From Planctomycetota bacterium (lineage in GTDB: Bacteria > Planctomycetota > UBA8108 > SXIK01), in contig CBDCXR010000004.1 in assembly GCA_965223845.1 (NCBI GenBank), positions 832,001 to 896,000 on the forward strand: 64,000 bases of DNA, read 5' to 3'. How positions within the stretch are numbered: the first letter of the stretch is position 1; each line of letters begins with the position of its first letter. Below, piece by piece: positions 49,501 through 59,374 of the stretch. The notes beneath the pieces are model-generated. The model was not told where the DNA came from. It was given only the letters and a program-made list of their open reading frames with translations, and made no database searches. Made by a program: the position numbers and the translations under genes.

Positions 49501-50676
49501 GATGCCACCGAACAACGACTGGCCGGCGGTTCGTGCTTCGAAGACTCGACCGAGCTCGCGGTTCCCCGTGTTCTCGATCGTCCAAACGAAGCCGTCGAGG
49601 TAGCAGCTCCGTCCGGGATTGGCCCCGCCGATATCGAGCCGTCCGTCCGCGTTCATATCGTGGACGAAGAACGACGCGACGTACGATTCCGGGATCGCGA
49701 CCGGGTCTCCCGTAGCGTCAAAGGTTCCGTTGCCGCGGCCCCAGGCGACGGCGATCGCCCGTCCGCTCGAGTCGGTAGCGACGAGATCCTCGATTCCGTC
49801 CGCATCGAGATCGGCGCTGCGGAGCGCGCCGGTGTTCAGCCCCGGCAGGGCGAGGTTCGCTTGTTCGCTGAAGCCCCCGGCTCCGTCGTTCTTGACGAGT
49901 CGCGCGACTCCGGTCGTGCTGACGATGACGTCGACGTCTCCATCCTCGTCGAAGTCTCCGGTGATCGATCCGACCACGTTTCTCGTCCCGGGAAGAGGGT
50001 GAGTGCCGAGAACACTGAATTCCCCTTCACCGTCTCCGGAGAAGATCCAGATCGTCGCGCGGCCGGCCGCCATTCCGATCCCGATCAGATCGATGCCGGG
50101 CTCGCCGTCGACGCTGGCCGCGTGAGCCGCGACCGGCACTCCGCCGTCGGGGGGGCGCAGTGATTGGGCGAGCGCCAACTCGCCGTTTCCTTCATTCCGA
50201 ACCACCGCGATCTCCGACCCGATGATCGTGATCGCGAGGTCCGGGTCCGCATCCCCGTCGAAGTCCGCCGCGGTGGGCGTTCCGGCGCGGCCGAAGCCGA
50301 GCGTGGCGATGAGGGCGCGGTGGTGCTCCGTCAACGATCCGTCGCCGCGCCCGCGAAGAACTACCGTGCGGACGCCGGTCAGGTCCGTGGTCGTCGCGAC
50401 TACGTCGAGCTTCCCGTCTCCGTCGAGCTCGATCGCGAACGCCGACTGGAACGTCTGCCGGCCAGCCGTAAGCACCGATTCGGGAAACTCGGGTCGCGAA
50501 CTCGCGAGGTCGCAGTCGTCAGGAATGCCGTTTCCGTTGCAGTCGGGAAGGCCTTCGGTATCGTCGTCGACACCGTTCTCGTTGCAGTCGGCGGCGAGGG
50601 CGAGGCCGCCGAGAACGAGCGCGGCGGAGACGAGGCCGAAGACGCGTCGGTCGATGGGGCGGCGAGTCATTCTCAT
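46504..50676 (-). CDS. Large secreted FG-GAP repeat protein with DCNxNG repeats and C-terminal dockerin-like domain (paralog 2)
   Basis: Collinear with 41911..46095 from MRMTRR to FxPCGxR*; same architecture. Confidence 0.9.
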   Translation of the reverse strand: MRMTRRPIDRRVFGLVSAALVLGGLALAADCNENGVDDDTEGLPDCNGNGIPDDCDLASSRPEFPESVLTAGRQTFQSAFAIELDGDGKLDVVATTTDLTGVRTVVLRGRGDGSLTEHHRALIATLGFGRAGTPTAADFDGDADPDLAITIIGSEIAVVRNEGNGELALAQSLRPPDGGVPVAAHAASVDGEPGIDLIGIGMAAGRATIWIFSGDGEGEFSVLGTHPLPGTRNVVGSITGDFDEDGDVDVIVSTTGVARLVKNDGAGGFSEQANLALPGLNTGALRSADLDADGIEDLVATDSSGRAIAVAWGRGNGTFDATGDPVAIPESYVASFFVHDMNADGRLDIGGANPGRSCYLDGFVWTIENTGNRELGRVFEARTAGQSLFGGIGDFSGDGLPDVVGVNGETGEIRVDLHRRVPASSDCNANDVPDECELEFDDCDRNGVLDECEIEGDGDCNANGILDRCEPDCNGNGVPDDCDLVAGTDNDCNSDGVLDSCELAENDRNQNGIPDDCDLAADDLADCNGNGVDDAVDLARRFGMSSTSGFFTRTAATDLGFGDFDGDGDTDVLVASHGACCPSANGSLIFVENSRGMLVESGVVQHLDKASRVHVGELNGDGLLDAVVVSGDPECESENWGVHIVRGLGDGRFEASLSSPRERPIRDSELTDIDGDGTPEIVLSFDRSATAVEILFTNGNEVLESKSIPYEGDLWAFTIADFTGDDRPDLMLAMNPASEVQILPGTENGSFGPVVRVSVPENWLRDIAAGDLDDDGDVDLVVLGRSTNRHSATGIFILWNEDGRVAARRTEIIHESGAERLSLGDLNRDGLLDVITAGTWSHNPSSEDFVAAATISYNRGHRRFAPAAQYELGAGSVSAVRAIDLDGSGSSAMVAAVYDPDYWGAFDPSRFDPELPEDLLPHPGAVRVLRPVGREKLGGLVLRASPANGWQAIRSRDFDRDGIADFVLVADQPAEIHFFRGTGRSEFASPLSSPTGLALFVPQFDTGDVNADGQLDLAFATRSGLMVSHGRAGGRFDPAQPTGIDDASTAAVLGDLDADGDIDAVLTVAAALRIAINDGEGIFSAGRILRPGATPARVEIHDLDADGRNDIVSVNSQGAADNLSIFFGDAEGAFASVRSFAVGSGASSLAVGDVDGDGLLDAVTANFRSSNLAVIFNRGDRAMTPPMFLPAAYPYRVALADFDGDGDLDALSNGEFGLAIHLGLGDGSFLPTKRLADLDGQDLIITDFQNDGLPDAILPFWADTRVGIAFVENRTGSTSLDRNDDGIPDECQAPAEPRFLRGDANADGRTDLSDAVFGLVYLFARGDPPPCTKAADADDNGRLNIGDATWLLGYLFGGGVAEIPPPFNDCGSDPTEDRLDCAMFAPCGAR
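49065..49401 (-). repeat. Seven tandem DCNxNGxxDxC(D/E) coding repeats
   Basis: DCNANDVPDEC / DCDRNGVLDEC / DCNANGILDRC / DCNGNGVPDDC / DCNSDGVLDSC / DRNQNGIPDDC / DCNGNGVDDA. Confidence 0.85.
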
Positions 50677-50879
50677 TCCTCAGATGGTGCGGGAGAGCCC
50701 CTATTCCAACAAGCAGAACCCGAGGGAAGAACGAACGGCGGAATGTCGAGTTTCACGCCAAGATCGACCCATTCGCCGCGGCAGCGGTTCGCTCGTCCTC
50801 GTCGGCGATATCGCGGGTGTCGAGGCGAACGTTTTGCTACTCTGGGTTGATCTCGAACGAGGGCTTCACGGAGCGTTTT

Positions 50880-52103
50880 ATGGACGGTGACACAGACTTG
50901 AAACGACGACTGGCCGGCGGCCGCCGATTCGCGGTCGCGGCGCTCGCGATCGGTTGCGCCCTCGGCGGCGCTGCGCACCTGGCGGCAGCGCCCGCCGGGG
51001 ACAGCGACGCGATCGGTGGACCCGCGAGGGAGGGCGCGATGCGCATCTACATCGGGACGTATACCGGGGGCAAAAGCGAGGGCATCTACTCCGCTCGATT
51101 CGACCGCGGGACGGGTGAGCTCTCCGGTCTCGAGCTCGTCGCGAAGGCGAAGAACCCGTCATTCCTCGCGCTTCACCCCTCGAAGCCGTTCGTCTACGCA
51201 GTGAATGAACTCGGCTCGTTCGAAGGAGCGAAATCCGGCGCCGTCAGTGCGTTTGCGCGTCGACCCGATGGCCGACTCGAGTTTCTGAACCAGAAGGCGT
51301 CGAGCGGTGGCGCGCCGTGTCACATCGTGACGGACTCGGCCGGAACTCACGTCCTCGTCGCGAACTACACCGGCGGAAACGTCGCGGTGATCGGCATCGA
51401 GGGCGACGGTCGCCTCGGCGAGACGACGTCGGTGAAGAATCACAAGGGCTCGAGCAAGAATCCCGATCGGCAGGAAGGCCCACACGCCCACTCGATTCAC
51501 CTCGACGCCGCCGGTCGGTTCGCGTTCGCCGCAGACCTCGGTCTCGATCAAGTCCTCGTCTATCGTTTCGGTGGCGCCGACGGTTCGCTCGCACCGCACG
51601 ATCCGCCGTTCGCGCGCGTGATGCCGGGCGCGGGTCCGAGACACTTCGCGTTCCATCCGACGTCATCCTACGCCTACGTCATCAATGAGCTCGGCAACAC
51701 GGTGACGGCTTTTCGTTACAACGCGGAACTCGGCACCCTCGAGACAATCCACAGCATCTCGACGCTGCCGCGCGAGTTCAGCGGCACGAGCTACACCGCC
51801 GAAGTGCTCGTCCATCCCTCCGGCAAGTTTCTCTACGGATCGAATCGCGGCCATGACAGCATCGCCGTCTTCGCGATCGATTCGCCGACGGGACGTCTCA
51901 GCGCGCTCGAGCACGAGCCGACGGGCGGGAAGACGCCCCGCAATTTTGGCATCGATCCGGCCGGGAATTTCCTCCTCGCCGCGAATCAAGCGTCGGATTC
52001 GATCGTCGTCTTTCGCATCGACGCGGAGACCGGGAAGCTCGAGCCGACGGGTCACCGGCTCGATGTTCCGACTCCCGTCTGCGTGAAGTTTATCGCCGAG
52101 TGA
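50880..52103 (+). CDS. Lactonase family protein (6-phosphogluconolactonase-like), probably exported
   Basis: YIGTYT, NPSFLALHP, GAPCH, ANYTGG, RQEGPHAHS, DLGLD, GAGPRH, SNRGHDSI, GKTPRNF. Start ATG 50880 (signal-like) or 51039. Confidence 0.93.
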   Translation: MDGDTDLKRRLAGGRRFAVAALAIGCALGGAAHLAAAPAGDSDAIGGPAREGAMRIYIGTYTGGKSEGIYSARFDRGTGELSGLELVAKAKNPSFLALHPSKPFVYAVNELGSFEGAKSGAVSAFARRPDGRLEFLNQKASSGGAPCHIVTDSAGTHVLVANYTGGNVAVIGIEGDGRLGETTSVKNHKGSSKNPDRQEGPHAHSIHLDAAGRFAFAADLGLDQVLVYRFGGADGSLAPHDPPFARVMPGAGPRHFAFHPTSSYAYVINELGNTVTAFRYNAELGTLETIHSISTLPREFSGTSYTAEVLVHPSGKFLYGSNRGHDSIAVFAIDSPTGRLSALEHEPTGGKTPRNFGIDPAGNFLLAANQASDSIVVFRIDAETGKLEPTGHRLDVPTPVCVKFIAE

Positions 52104-52210
52104 CTCCGCCCGCAGGTGTCCCGAAGAAACGCGCCGCGCGGAACCTTCACCGCCGTCAATTCGTTTCTCGCGTAGAGAATAGTCGCACTCAGAAGAACGA
52201 AAGGACAAAC

Positions 52211-54442
52211 ATGGGCACCCGGTCTGCGTGGTCTCGCGTCGCGCGAAGTGCGCTACTGATCCCGGTTTTCGCCTTCCTCGGCGGTGAATCAGCGCTCGAG
52301 GCGTCGCCGCCGATCCGTGTTCTCGTCTGGGATGAGCAACAGCCACGGCAAAAGCGGGCGTACCCGAACTTCTTGGGGGCGGAGATCGCGGCTCAGCTCG
52401 CGAAGAGCGAAGAGTTCTCCGTCAAGACCGCACGACTCGACGACCCCGGCCACGGGATCTCCCCGGCGACTCTCCAGGAGGCGGACGTTCTCATCTGGTG
52501 GGGGCACGTGCGCCAGCACGAGATCTCCGCGGCGGAAGGGCGCGAGATCGTCGATCGCGTCGAGCGCGGCGAGCTCGCGTTGATCGTCCTCCATTCGGCC
52601 CACTGGAGCGTTCCGTTCATGGAGGCGATGGAGAGAATCGCCGCGCAGGACGCGCTGGACCGCCTCCCCGAGAGCGAGCGCGCGACGGCGACGCTGCGGT
52701 TTCTCGGCGAGCGGGTCCGGAAGAAGCTCGCGCCGCGACATCGTGGGACGCTGATGTCGCAGTATCGGCGCGGGGACGACGGGAAGCTCGAGATTCTCCT
52801 CGAACGTCCGACGTGCGTGTTTCCGCGTTGCTGCGATCCAGCCGAACCGTCTACGGTGCGGACGCTCCTGCCGGATCACCCGATCGCGGCGGGCGTTCCT
52901 CGTCGATTCGTCATTCCGCAGACCGAGATGTACGACGAGCCGTTCCACGTCCCCGCGCCGGACAAGGTGATTTTCGAGGAGAGCTGGGAGGACGGAGAGC
53001 ATTTTCGGAGCGGCGCGCTCTGGCGTCTCGGTCGCGGTCAGGTGTTCTATTTCCGCCCGGGGCACGAGACCTACCCGGTGTTTTTCGAGAAGCCCGTTCT
53101 CCGTATCGTCGAGAACGCCGCGCGCTGGCTCGGTGACGGGGTACGCGCAGCTCGAGCGGGTCCGCAGCCGTCGGCACTCGACCGCGTGCTCGTGTTTTCG
53201 AAAACTTCTTGGTATCGCCACCCGGAGATTCCGGCGGTGAACGAGTGGCTCGTCGAACTCGGGAAAGAGCACGACTTCGCGGTCGACGTGACCGAAGACG
53301 CCAATGCGATCACGGCGGAGAATCTGGCGCGGTATCAGTCGGTCGTGCTCAACAGCACGACGGACATCGGCAAGTCACTCGACGATGCGCAGAAAGCGGC
53401 GTTCATCGCGTGGTTCCGCTCCGGTGGGAGCATCGTCGGCCTCCACGCCGCCGCGGTGCACCACGGGACGTGGCCGTGGTTCGAGACCCTGCTCGGTACG
53501 GATTTCTCCGCGGATTCGAAACGCTCGCTGGCGCGTGTCTTTGTTTCTCCGGCCGGCGAAGTCCATCCCGCGACGGCCGGACTCGGGACCGTGGTCTGGC
53601 TCGAGGAGGAGTGGAACTCGTTTACGAAGAGTGTGCGCGGCCTCCCGGGAGTCTCCGTGCTCCTCTCGCTCGACGAGACGACGTACGATCCCGTTCGCCC
53701 TTACTTCAAAGCGCGCAATCAGAAGCCGATGGGGGATGACCATCCGATCGCGTGGATCCGGGAATTCGAGGGCGGTAGACTCTTCTACACGGGCATCGGG
53801 CACGATACCCGCATCCTCCGCAGCGAGTTTGGCACTCGACACGTCCTCGAAGCGCTGCGATGGGCGGCCGGTCCGGCGAATCAACGCGGGAGCGCAGGGA
53901 GAACGGCAGTGAACGAAGATTCGGGTGGTGGGAAGACGGAGCTCGCGACGTTCGGCGCGGGCTGCTTCTGGTGCATCGAGGCTGTACTTGAGCAACTGGA
54001 CGGCGTGGAGGACGTCGTCTCCGGTTACATGGGCGGTAAAGTCGCAAACCCGACCTACGAACAGATCTGCACCGGCCGCACCGGGCACGCCGAGGTCGTC
54101 CAGGTAAAGTTCTCACCGGAGAAGATCAGCTACGACGATCTCCTCACGATGTTTTGGAAGCTGCACGATCCCACGACTCTCAATCGGCAGGGAGCGGACG
54201 TCGGTACTCAGTACCGCTCGGCGATCTTCTATCACTCGGAGGAACAGCAGAAAGCCGCGCGAGCGTCGAAGGCGAAGGCGGCAAAGTACTTTTCCGACCC
54301 GATCGTCACGGAGATCACGGCTGCGAGTCCGTTCTACGCGGCGGAGAAGTACCACCAGGATTACTACCGCCTCAACAAGAACCAGCCCTATTGCCGCTTC
54401 GTCATCGTCCCTAAGCTCGACAAGCTGGGACTCGAAAGATAG
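52211..54442 (+). CDS. msrA: Secreted ThuA-like + ThuA-like + peptide-methionine (S)-S-oxide reductase MsrA fusion
   Basis: Signal peptide; ThuA domain 1 (VLIWWGH, LHSAH, EMYDEPF, YFRPGHE); ThuA domain 2 (VFSKTSWYRH, GLHAA, EEWN, HPIAW, FYTGIGH); MsrA (ATFGAGCFWC, GYMGG, TGHAEV, QGADVGTQYRS, AEKYHQDYY, YC). Confidence 0.88.
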   Translation: MGTRSAWSRVARSALLIPVFAFLGGESALEASPPIRVLVWDEQQPRQKRAYPNFLGAEIAAQLAKSEEFSVKTARLDDPGHGISPATLQEADVLIWWGHVRQHEISAAEGREIVDRVERGELALIVLHSAHWSVPFMEAMERIAAQDALDRLPESERATATLRFLGERVRKKLAPRHRGTLMSQYRRGDDGKLEILLERPTCVFPRCCDPAEPSTVRTLLPDHPIAAGVPRRFVIPQTEMYDEPFHVPAPDKVIFEESWEDGEHFRSGALWRLGRGQVFYFRPGHETYPVFFEKPVLRIVENAARWLGDGVRAARAGPQPSALDRVLVFSKTSWYRHPEIPAVNEWLVELGKEHDFAVDVTEDANAITAENLARYQSVVLNSTTDIGKSLDDAQKAAFIAWFRSGGSIVGLHAAAVHHGTWPWFETLLGTDFSADSKRSLARVFVSPAGEVHPATAGLGTVVWLEEEWNSFTKSVRGLPGVSVLLSLDETTYDPVRPYFKARNQKPMGDDHPIAWIREFEGGRLFYTGIGHDTRILRSEFGTRHVLEALRWAAGPANQRGSAGRTAVNEDSGGGKTELATFGAGCFWCIEAVLEQLDGVEDVVSGYMGGKVANPTYEQICTGRTGHAEVVQVKFSPEKISYDDLLTMFWKLHDPTTLNRQGADVGTQYRSAIFYHSEEQQKAARASKAKAAKYFSDPIVTEITAASPFYAAEKYHQDYYRLNKNQPYCRFVIVPKLDKLGLER

Positions 54443-54457
54443 CGGCGAGCCGACGAC

Positions 54458-55474
54458 TCAAACCGTCGCGAGTGCGGGTTCGACGAGGGTCTCCGACGTG
54501 CGGATGAAATCTTCCTCGCGTGCGAGGAAGGCGTCGACCATGCGCGGGTCGAAGTGAGTTCCGCGGCCCTCCTCGATGATCGCGCGTGCTACGTCGTGCG
54601 TGAACGCGTCTTTGTAAACTCTCTTGGACGTGAGAGCGTCGTAGACGTCAGCGATGGCGACGATGCGACCGGCGACCGGAATGGCATCGCCGGCGAGCCC
54701 CTCCGGATAGCCCTTCCCGTCGAAGTGCTCGTGGTGCGAAGCTGCGATGTCGCGTGCGACGCGGAGAAAGTCGGCGCCCGGATGCTCGCTCAAGGCGGCA
54801 TCGAGAGTCTGCGCGCCGTGCGTCGTGTGCGACTTCATGATCTCGAACTCTCGATCGGAGAGCCGGCCCGGTTTGAGGAGGACGAAGTCGGGAATCGCGA
54901 TCTTGCCGATGTCGTGAAGCGGACTCGCGAGATAGATGAGGCGACAGTACGCTTCCGTAACGACGTCTCTGAAGTCCGGGTGCGAGGACACTTCCTTCGA
55001 GAGGATGTACGAGTACTCCCGGACTCGCTCGAGATGGGTTCCGGTGTCGGTGTCTCGCGATTCGGCAAGTTTCGCCATCGCGAAGATCGTGAGGTCGCGA
55101 GTTTCGAGCGCGAGGATGCGTTCCCCGGTTCGGACGCGCAGGGAGAGTTCGGTCGGATCGAACGGTTTTCCGACGAAATCGTCCGCGCCGGCGGAGAGCC
55201 CCTCGACGACGTCCTCCGGTCGCTGATGGCTCGTGAGGAGGATCAGATAGATGTAGCCGGGGAACTGACCGGTACGCACTTGGCGGCAGAGCTCGATTCC
55301 GTTGAGCTCCGGCATCTCCCAGTCGGAGATGACGAGACGACAGCGTCCGGAGCGAAGGATTTCGAGCGCCGAGCGGCCGTTGTAGGCCTGCTCCGTTTCG
55401 TAGCCGGAGTGCTCGAGCGCGTTGCAGATCATGTCGACGGTCATTTCGTCGTCGTCGACAACTAGGATCCTCAT
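54458..55474 (-). CDS. REC-HD-GYP response regulator (RpfG-type c-di-GMP phosphodiesterase)
   Basis: [21 protein letters not shown] receiver; [34 protein letters not shown] 55474 overlaps the upstream TGA. Confidence 0.95.
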   Translation of the reverse strand: MRILVVDDDEMTVDMICNALEHSGYETEQAYNGRSALEILRSGRCRLVISDWEMPELNGIELCRQVRTGQFPGYIYLILLTSHQRPEDVVEGLSAGADDFVGKPFDPTELSLRVRTGERILALETRDLTIFAMAKLAESRDTDTGTHLERVREYSYILSKEVSSHPDFRDVVTEAYCRLIYLASPLHDIGKIAIPDFVLLKPGRLSDREFEIMKSHTTHGAQTLDAALSEHPGADFLRVARDIAASHHEHFDGKGYPEGLAGDAIPVAGRIVAIADVYDALTSKRVYKDAFTHDVARAIIEEGRGTHFDPRMVDAFLAREEDFIRTSETLVEPALATV

Positions 55475-58398
55475 CGTTTTGCTCCGGTCGAATCGAGCTC
55501 GCCCGAAGGCTCCTCGAGTTGAGCAAAGGCGGTCGGCAAGTGGTCGACGCAGCGCTTGAACTCGGTCTGCACCTGGTCCAGAGCCGTCGCGGCTTCGTCG
55601 GCATTGTCGTTTCGGCTGTGATTCTCGAGCGATGCGGCGAAGTCGCGCAGGCACGGGGCCGAAATGCTCGCGGCGGCACCCTTGATCGAGTGGGCGTCTC
55701 GCGCGACGTTGTCGAAGTTGCCGTCGGCGACGTGTTGAGAGAGAGACTTCACGGATTCGGCGACCTTGACTTCGAACTTTTCGAGAACCTTGCGGCAGAA
55801 GGATCGATCCTTCATGCAGCGTTGAAACAGTTCGTGGAGCTCGATCGGGGGGGACGGCGGCGGCGTCGCGACGTCGCCGAATTCGTCGTCGGTTTCCGAA
55901 AACGTTTCGTCGACAACGAGAGAGGCTTCCTCTCTATCGGCTCTGCGGGAGGAAACCTCAACGAACTCGTCGTCGCGGAGATCGGGGTTCCGGCGGAGGA
56001 GGACGGATTCGACGACCTCGAGGAGGATCTCCTGATCGATCGGCTTGCTGACGTAGCGGTCCATTCCGGCGCTGAGGCAGAGCTCGCGATCTCCCCTGAT
56101 CGCGTTCGCCGTGAGAGCCACGATCGGGAGGCGTTCTCCGTCTTCTCGGTTGTCGGTCGGAACTTCGCCCCGAGCTTCGGCGGAGCGAATCGTGCGCGTC
56201 GCCTCGAATCCGTCCATTTCCGGCATCTGGCAATCCATGAACACCAGGTCGTACGGATTTGCGAGCACGGCTTGGACGGCTTCGATCCCGTTCGTGGCGA
56301 CGTCGCAGGTATAGCCAGAGTTGCGGAAGATCCCGCGAGCGACGAGTTGGTTCACCTCCTGGTCTTCGACGAGAAGGATTCGGAATCGACGTCGAGCCTC
56401 GCGGCGGGCGTTCGGAGCGTTTCGGCGGAAGCTGCCGAGTCGTCCGATCTTCGGCGGTGATTTCGCCAGTGTGGTGGCCCGGCGTAGAGCCTCGAACAGA
56501 TCTGACTCGCGGAGCGGCTTGCTCAGACGCGCGACGATCCCGAGGTCCCGAGCCGACTGCTTCGCCGCTTCATCGTCGACGGAAGTGAGAAGGATCACTC
56601 GCGTCGAGGCGGTTGCCGGGGTCTTGCGAATCTCCCGCGCCACCTCGAGGCCGTCCATTTCGGGCATCTGTCGGTCGAGGAGGGCGAGTCGGAATGGCTC
56701 GCCTCGGGACGCCGCGGCGCGCAAGTGTTCCAGTCCCTCGGCGCCGGACTCCACCGCGACCGGTTCCATCGACCAGGAGCGGAGCTGCGCCGACAGAATC
56801 TCGCGATTCGTTGCATTATCGTCCACGACGATCACCGGCAGGCCCTCGAGCTCGCCGTGCGGCTCCCCGGCCGCCTCCGTACCGTCGGCGGTCGCACTGT
56901 CGGTTCCACGCTCCAGCGAGAGATCGAACCAGAAGCGCGACCCTCGCCCTTCGACGCTTTCGACGCCGATCGAACCGCCCATCAGGGTGATGATTCGCTT
57001 CGAGATCGCCAGTCCGAGTCCAGTACCACCGTAGCGCCGGGTCATGGAAGCGTCGACTTGATGAAACGACTGGAACAGGGCGTCGACGCGTTGTTCGGGG
57101 ATTCCGATCCCCGTGTCGCTGACCTCGCAGTGTAGCTTGACTTCCTTCTCGTCGACGGATTCCGCGCGGACTTTGACGACGACCTCGCCCTCCTCCGTGA
57201 ACTTCACGGCGTTGTTCACGAGGTTGGCGAACACCTGCCGGATGCGGTCTCGATCGCCAATCAGAATCTTGGGGACCTCGGGCGCCACATAGCAAACGAG
57301 CTCAACGTTTCTCTCGGCAGTCTGCTTCGAAAACGACGCCGTGACATCTTCCACGAGGCAGCGAAAGGGGAACGGGATGGACTCGAACTCCATCTTGCCG
57401 GCTTCGATCTTCGAGAAGTCGAGGATGTCATTCAGAAGCTTCATGAGCGAGTCGGCCGACGACATCGCAATCTGCGCGTAGCGCTGTTGCTTCGGCGTGA
57501 GGGACGTCCGAAGGAGGAGCTGGACCATGCCGAGGACTCCGTTCATCGGCGTGCGGATCTCGTGGCTCATGCTGGCGAGAAACTCGCTCTTCGCGCGGTT
57601 GGCGGCCTCCGCGGCGTCCTTCGCCAACTCCAGCTCGCAAGTGCGATCCCCGATCTGTGACTGGAGTGTCGCGCTGAACTCGCGGAGCTCGCGATCGCGA
57701 TCCTGTACGGCTTGCCGCATGGTCTCGAACCCCGCCGCGAGGTTGCCCAGCTCATCGCTGCGTGAATCCTCGATCGGGTGGTCGAAGTCGTTGTGTGAAA
57801 TGCGGAGCGCAGCTTCGGAGAGCCGATCCAAGCGCCGAGTCCAGGAGCCGATGAGGAGGAGGATGATCGGGGCCACGACGAGCGTCGTGACGGTGAGCAT
57901 GAACACCGTGTGAATCGCGAAATCCCGCTGGGCCGCGTGCACGGGCTCTAGCGAGATGCCGGCGACGACTCGGCCGAGAGATTCACGCCTCGGCTTCGGG
58001 CCCGTCGAGAGGGTGGCGGGACCGCCGGTTTCGACGAGCGAGTTGCCGATGACGACTTCGTCGCGCGTGGTTTCCGGACTTCGTTCGAACCGGTCCCAGA
58101 GCGTAGGACTCTGCGTGGCTCGATTGACCAACTGGTCTTCCGAATCGTATACCGCGACGAAGAGTACATGCTCTTCGTCGGAGTAGCGCTCGAGGATCCG
58201 GTCGATCTCGTCGATGTCTCCGACCGAAAGCGGGAGCTCGCACATGCGCGCAACGCTGTTGGCGAGCGAGTCGACGAGTCGACCCTGGTGACTCTCGATG
58301 ACGCGATACGCCCGTCGAACGACGATCGTCGACATCAGCACGAGCGAAGCCGTGACGATGAGTAGCACCAGAAAAAGAGCTTTCTGTCGTAGGTTCAT
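55471..58398 (-). CDS. Membrane hybrid sensor histidine kinase (HAMP-HisKA-HATPase-REC-REC-HPt)
   Basis: Two TMs, HAMP (DELGNLA), [29 protein letters not shown], two receivers (DRQMP, DCQMP), HPt AHSIKGAA. Confidence 0.95.
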   Translation of the reverse strand: MNLRQKALFLVLLIVTASLVLMSTIVVRRAYRVIESHQGRLVDSLANSVARMCELPLSVGDIDEIDRILERYSDEEHVLFVAVYDSEDQLVNRATQSPTLWDRFERSPETTRDEVVIGNSLVETGGPATLSTGPKPRRESLGRVVAGISLEPVHAAQRDFAIHTVFMLTVTTLVVAPIILLLIGSWTRRLDRLSEAALRISHNDFDHPIEDSRSDELGNLAAGFETMRQAVQDRDRELREFSATLQSQIGDRTCELELAKDAAEAANRAKSEFLASMSHEIRTPMNGVLGMVQLLLRTSLTPKQQRYAQIAMSSADSLMKLLNDILDFSKIEAGKMEFESIPFPFRCLVEDVTASFSKQTAERNVELVCYVAPEVPKILIGDRDRIRQVFANLVNNAVKFTEEGEVVVKVRAESVDEKEVKLHCEVSDTGIGIPEQRVDALFQSFHQVDASMTRRYGGTGLGLAISKRIITLMGGSIGVESVEGRGSRFWFDLSLERGTDSATADGTEAAGEPHGELEGLPVIVVDDNATNREILSAQLRSWSMEPVAVESGAEGLEHLRAAASRGEPFRLALLDRQMPEMDGLEVAREIRKTPATASTRVILLTSVDDEAAKQSARDLGIVARLSKPLRESDLFEALRRATTLAKSPPKIGRLGSFRRNAPNARREARRRFRILLVEDQEVNQLVARGIFRNSGYTCDVATNGIEAVQAVLANPYDLVFMDCQMPEMDGFEATRTIRSAEARGEVPTDNREDGERLPIVALTANAIRGDRELCLSAGMDRYVSKPIDQEILLEVVESVLLRRNPDLRDDEFVEVSSRRADREEASLVVDETFSETDDEFGDVATPPPSPPIELHELFQRCMKDRSFCRKVLEKFEVKVAESVKSLSQHVADGNFDNVARDAHSIKGAAASISAPCLRDFAASLENHSRNDNADEAATALDQVQTEFKRCVDHLPTAFAQLEEPSGELDSTGAKR

Positions 58399-58405
58399 AG
58401 ACGAC

Positions 58406-59374
58406 TCAGCGGTTGCCGGTGACCCGGAATGCCGCCTCTTTGAGCACCTTCGGAGGGAGCTTGATCCTCAAGCGGTCCGCGACGATTTCATTGACGCCGT
58501 ACGCGAGCTTCGCCTGCCGGTGGGGGAGCTCTTTGGGCTCGGACGAAGACGGGTGCTCGGCGAGCGCCCTATGACAGAGATCGGCGAGAACCTCGCCCTG
58601 ACTGGCGGGGTCGACTCCGACTCCGATCAGCGCGCCGGCCTTGACCGAGGGGGCCGAGAATCCGAAGACCGGGATGCTGTTTCGTACGCTTTGAAGAAGA
58701 AGCGCGCGGAAGGAGGCGAGGGTGATGACGTCCTCGTCGTGCGCGGTCCAGATGATATCGGGCCGACGGCGGATCAGCGCCTGGATCGCCGGCGCGACGT
58801 TGTCATGAACGTCGATGTCCTCGGCGAGAAGCTTCCAGTTTTTCGGAAGCGCGTTCCGAAGCCGTTCGACGATCGATCGACTCGGTGCTGAGGATCGACG
58901 GTAAAGTACGCCGACGCGCTTTGTTGTCGGAAGCGCCGTCGCGATGAGCTCGACGCGAGCCTCGATGGCCGTATCGGTACTGACTCCGAAGGTCTTCGGC
59001 CGCTCGGTGAGTCCGCGACGCTCCGGAGCTGCGACGAGGCAGTAGCCGAGGCGAGCCTCGTCGTCGAGGCGGTCGCGCAGTGCGACCGCGGCGCCGGTGC
59101 CGATCGCGACGTGAAGGGTATTCTCTGCCGCTTTTCCCAGCTCTGCCTCCTCGCTCTCGAGTGCGTCGGCGAGGATGGTCCTCGATGAGTGGCCGTGCTC
59201 ATCCAATTTCGCGCGAAGTCGTTGGTGCGCGATCTTGTAGGGGAGCGCTCGACTCGTCTGGACGATCACTACATCCCCGGCGTGGACGGGTCTCGCGACG
59301 AGACACCACGCCGCGAGTACGGCAAACATCCAGAGCCGCGGTCGCGTCCGCGAAATCGCCACAACGCCCCCCAT
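58406..59374 (-). CDS. ABC-type substrate-binding-like periplasmic protein (no permease nearby)
   Basis: Signal peptide; [47 protein letters not shown] pattern of the ABC_sub_bind family. Confidence 0.8.
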   Translation of the reverse strand: MGGVVAISRTRPRLWMFAVLAAWCLVARPVHAGDVVIVQTSRALPYKIAHQRLRAKLDEHGHSSRTILADALESEEAELGKAAENTLHVAIGTGAAVALRDRLDDEARLGYCLVAAPERRGLTERPKTFGVSTDTAIEARVELIATALPTTKRVGVLYRRSSAPSRSIVERLRNALPKNWKLLAEDIDVHDNVAPAIQALIRRRPDIIWTAHDEDVITLASFRALLLQSVRNSIPVFGFSAPSVKAGALIGVGVDPASQGEVLADLCHRALAEHPSSSEPKELPHRQAKLAYGVNEIVADRLRIKLPPKVLKEAAFRVTGNR

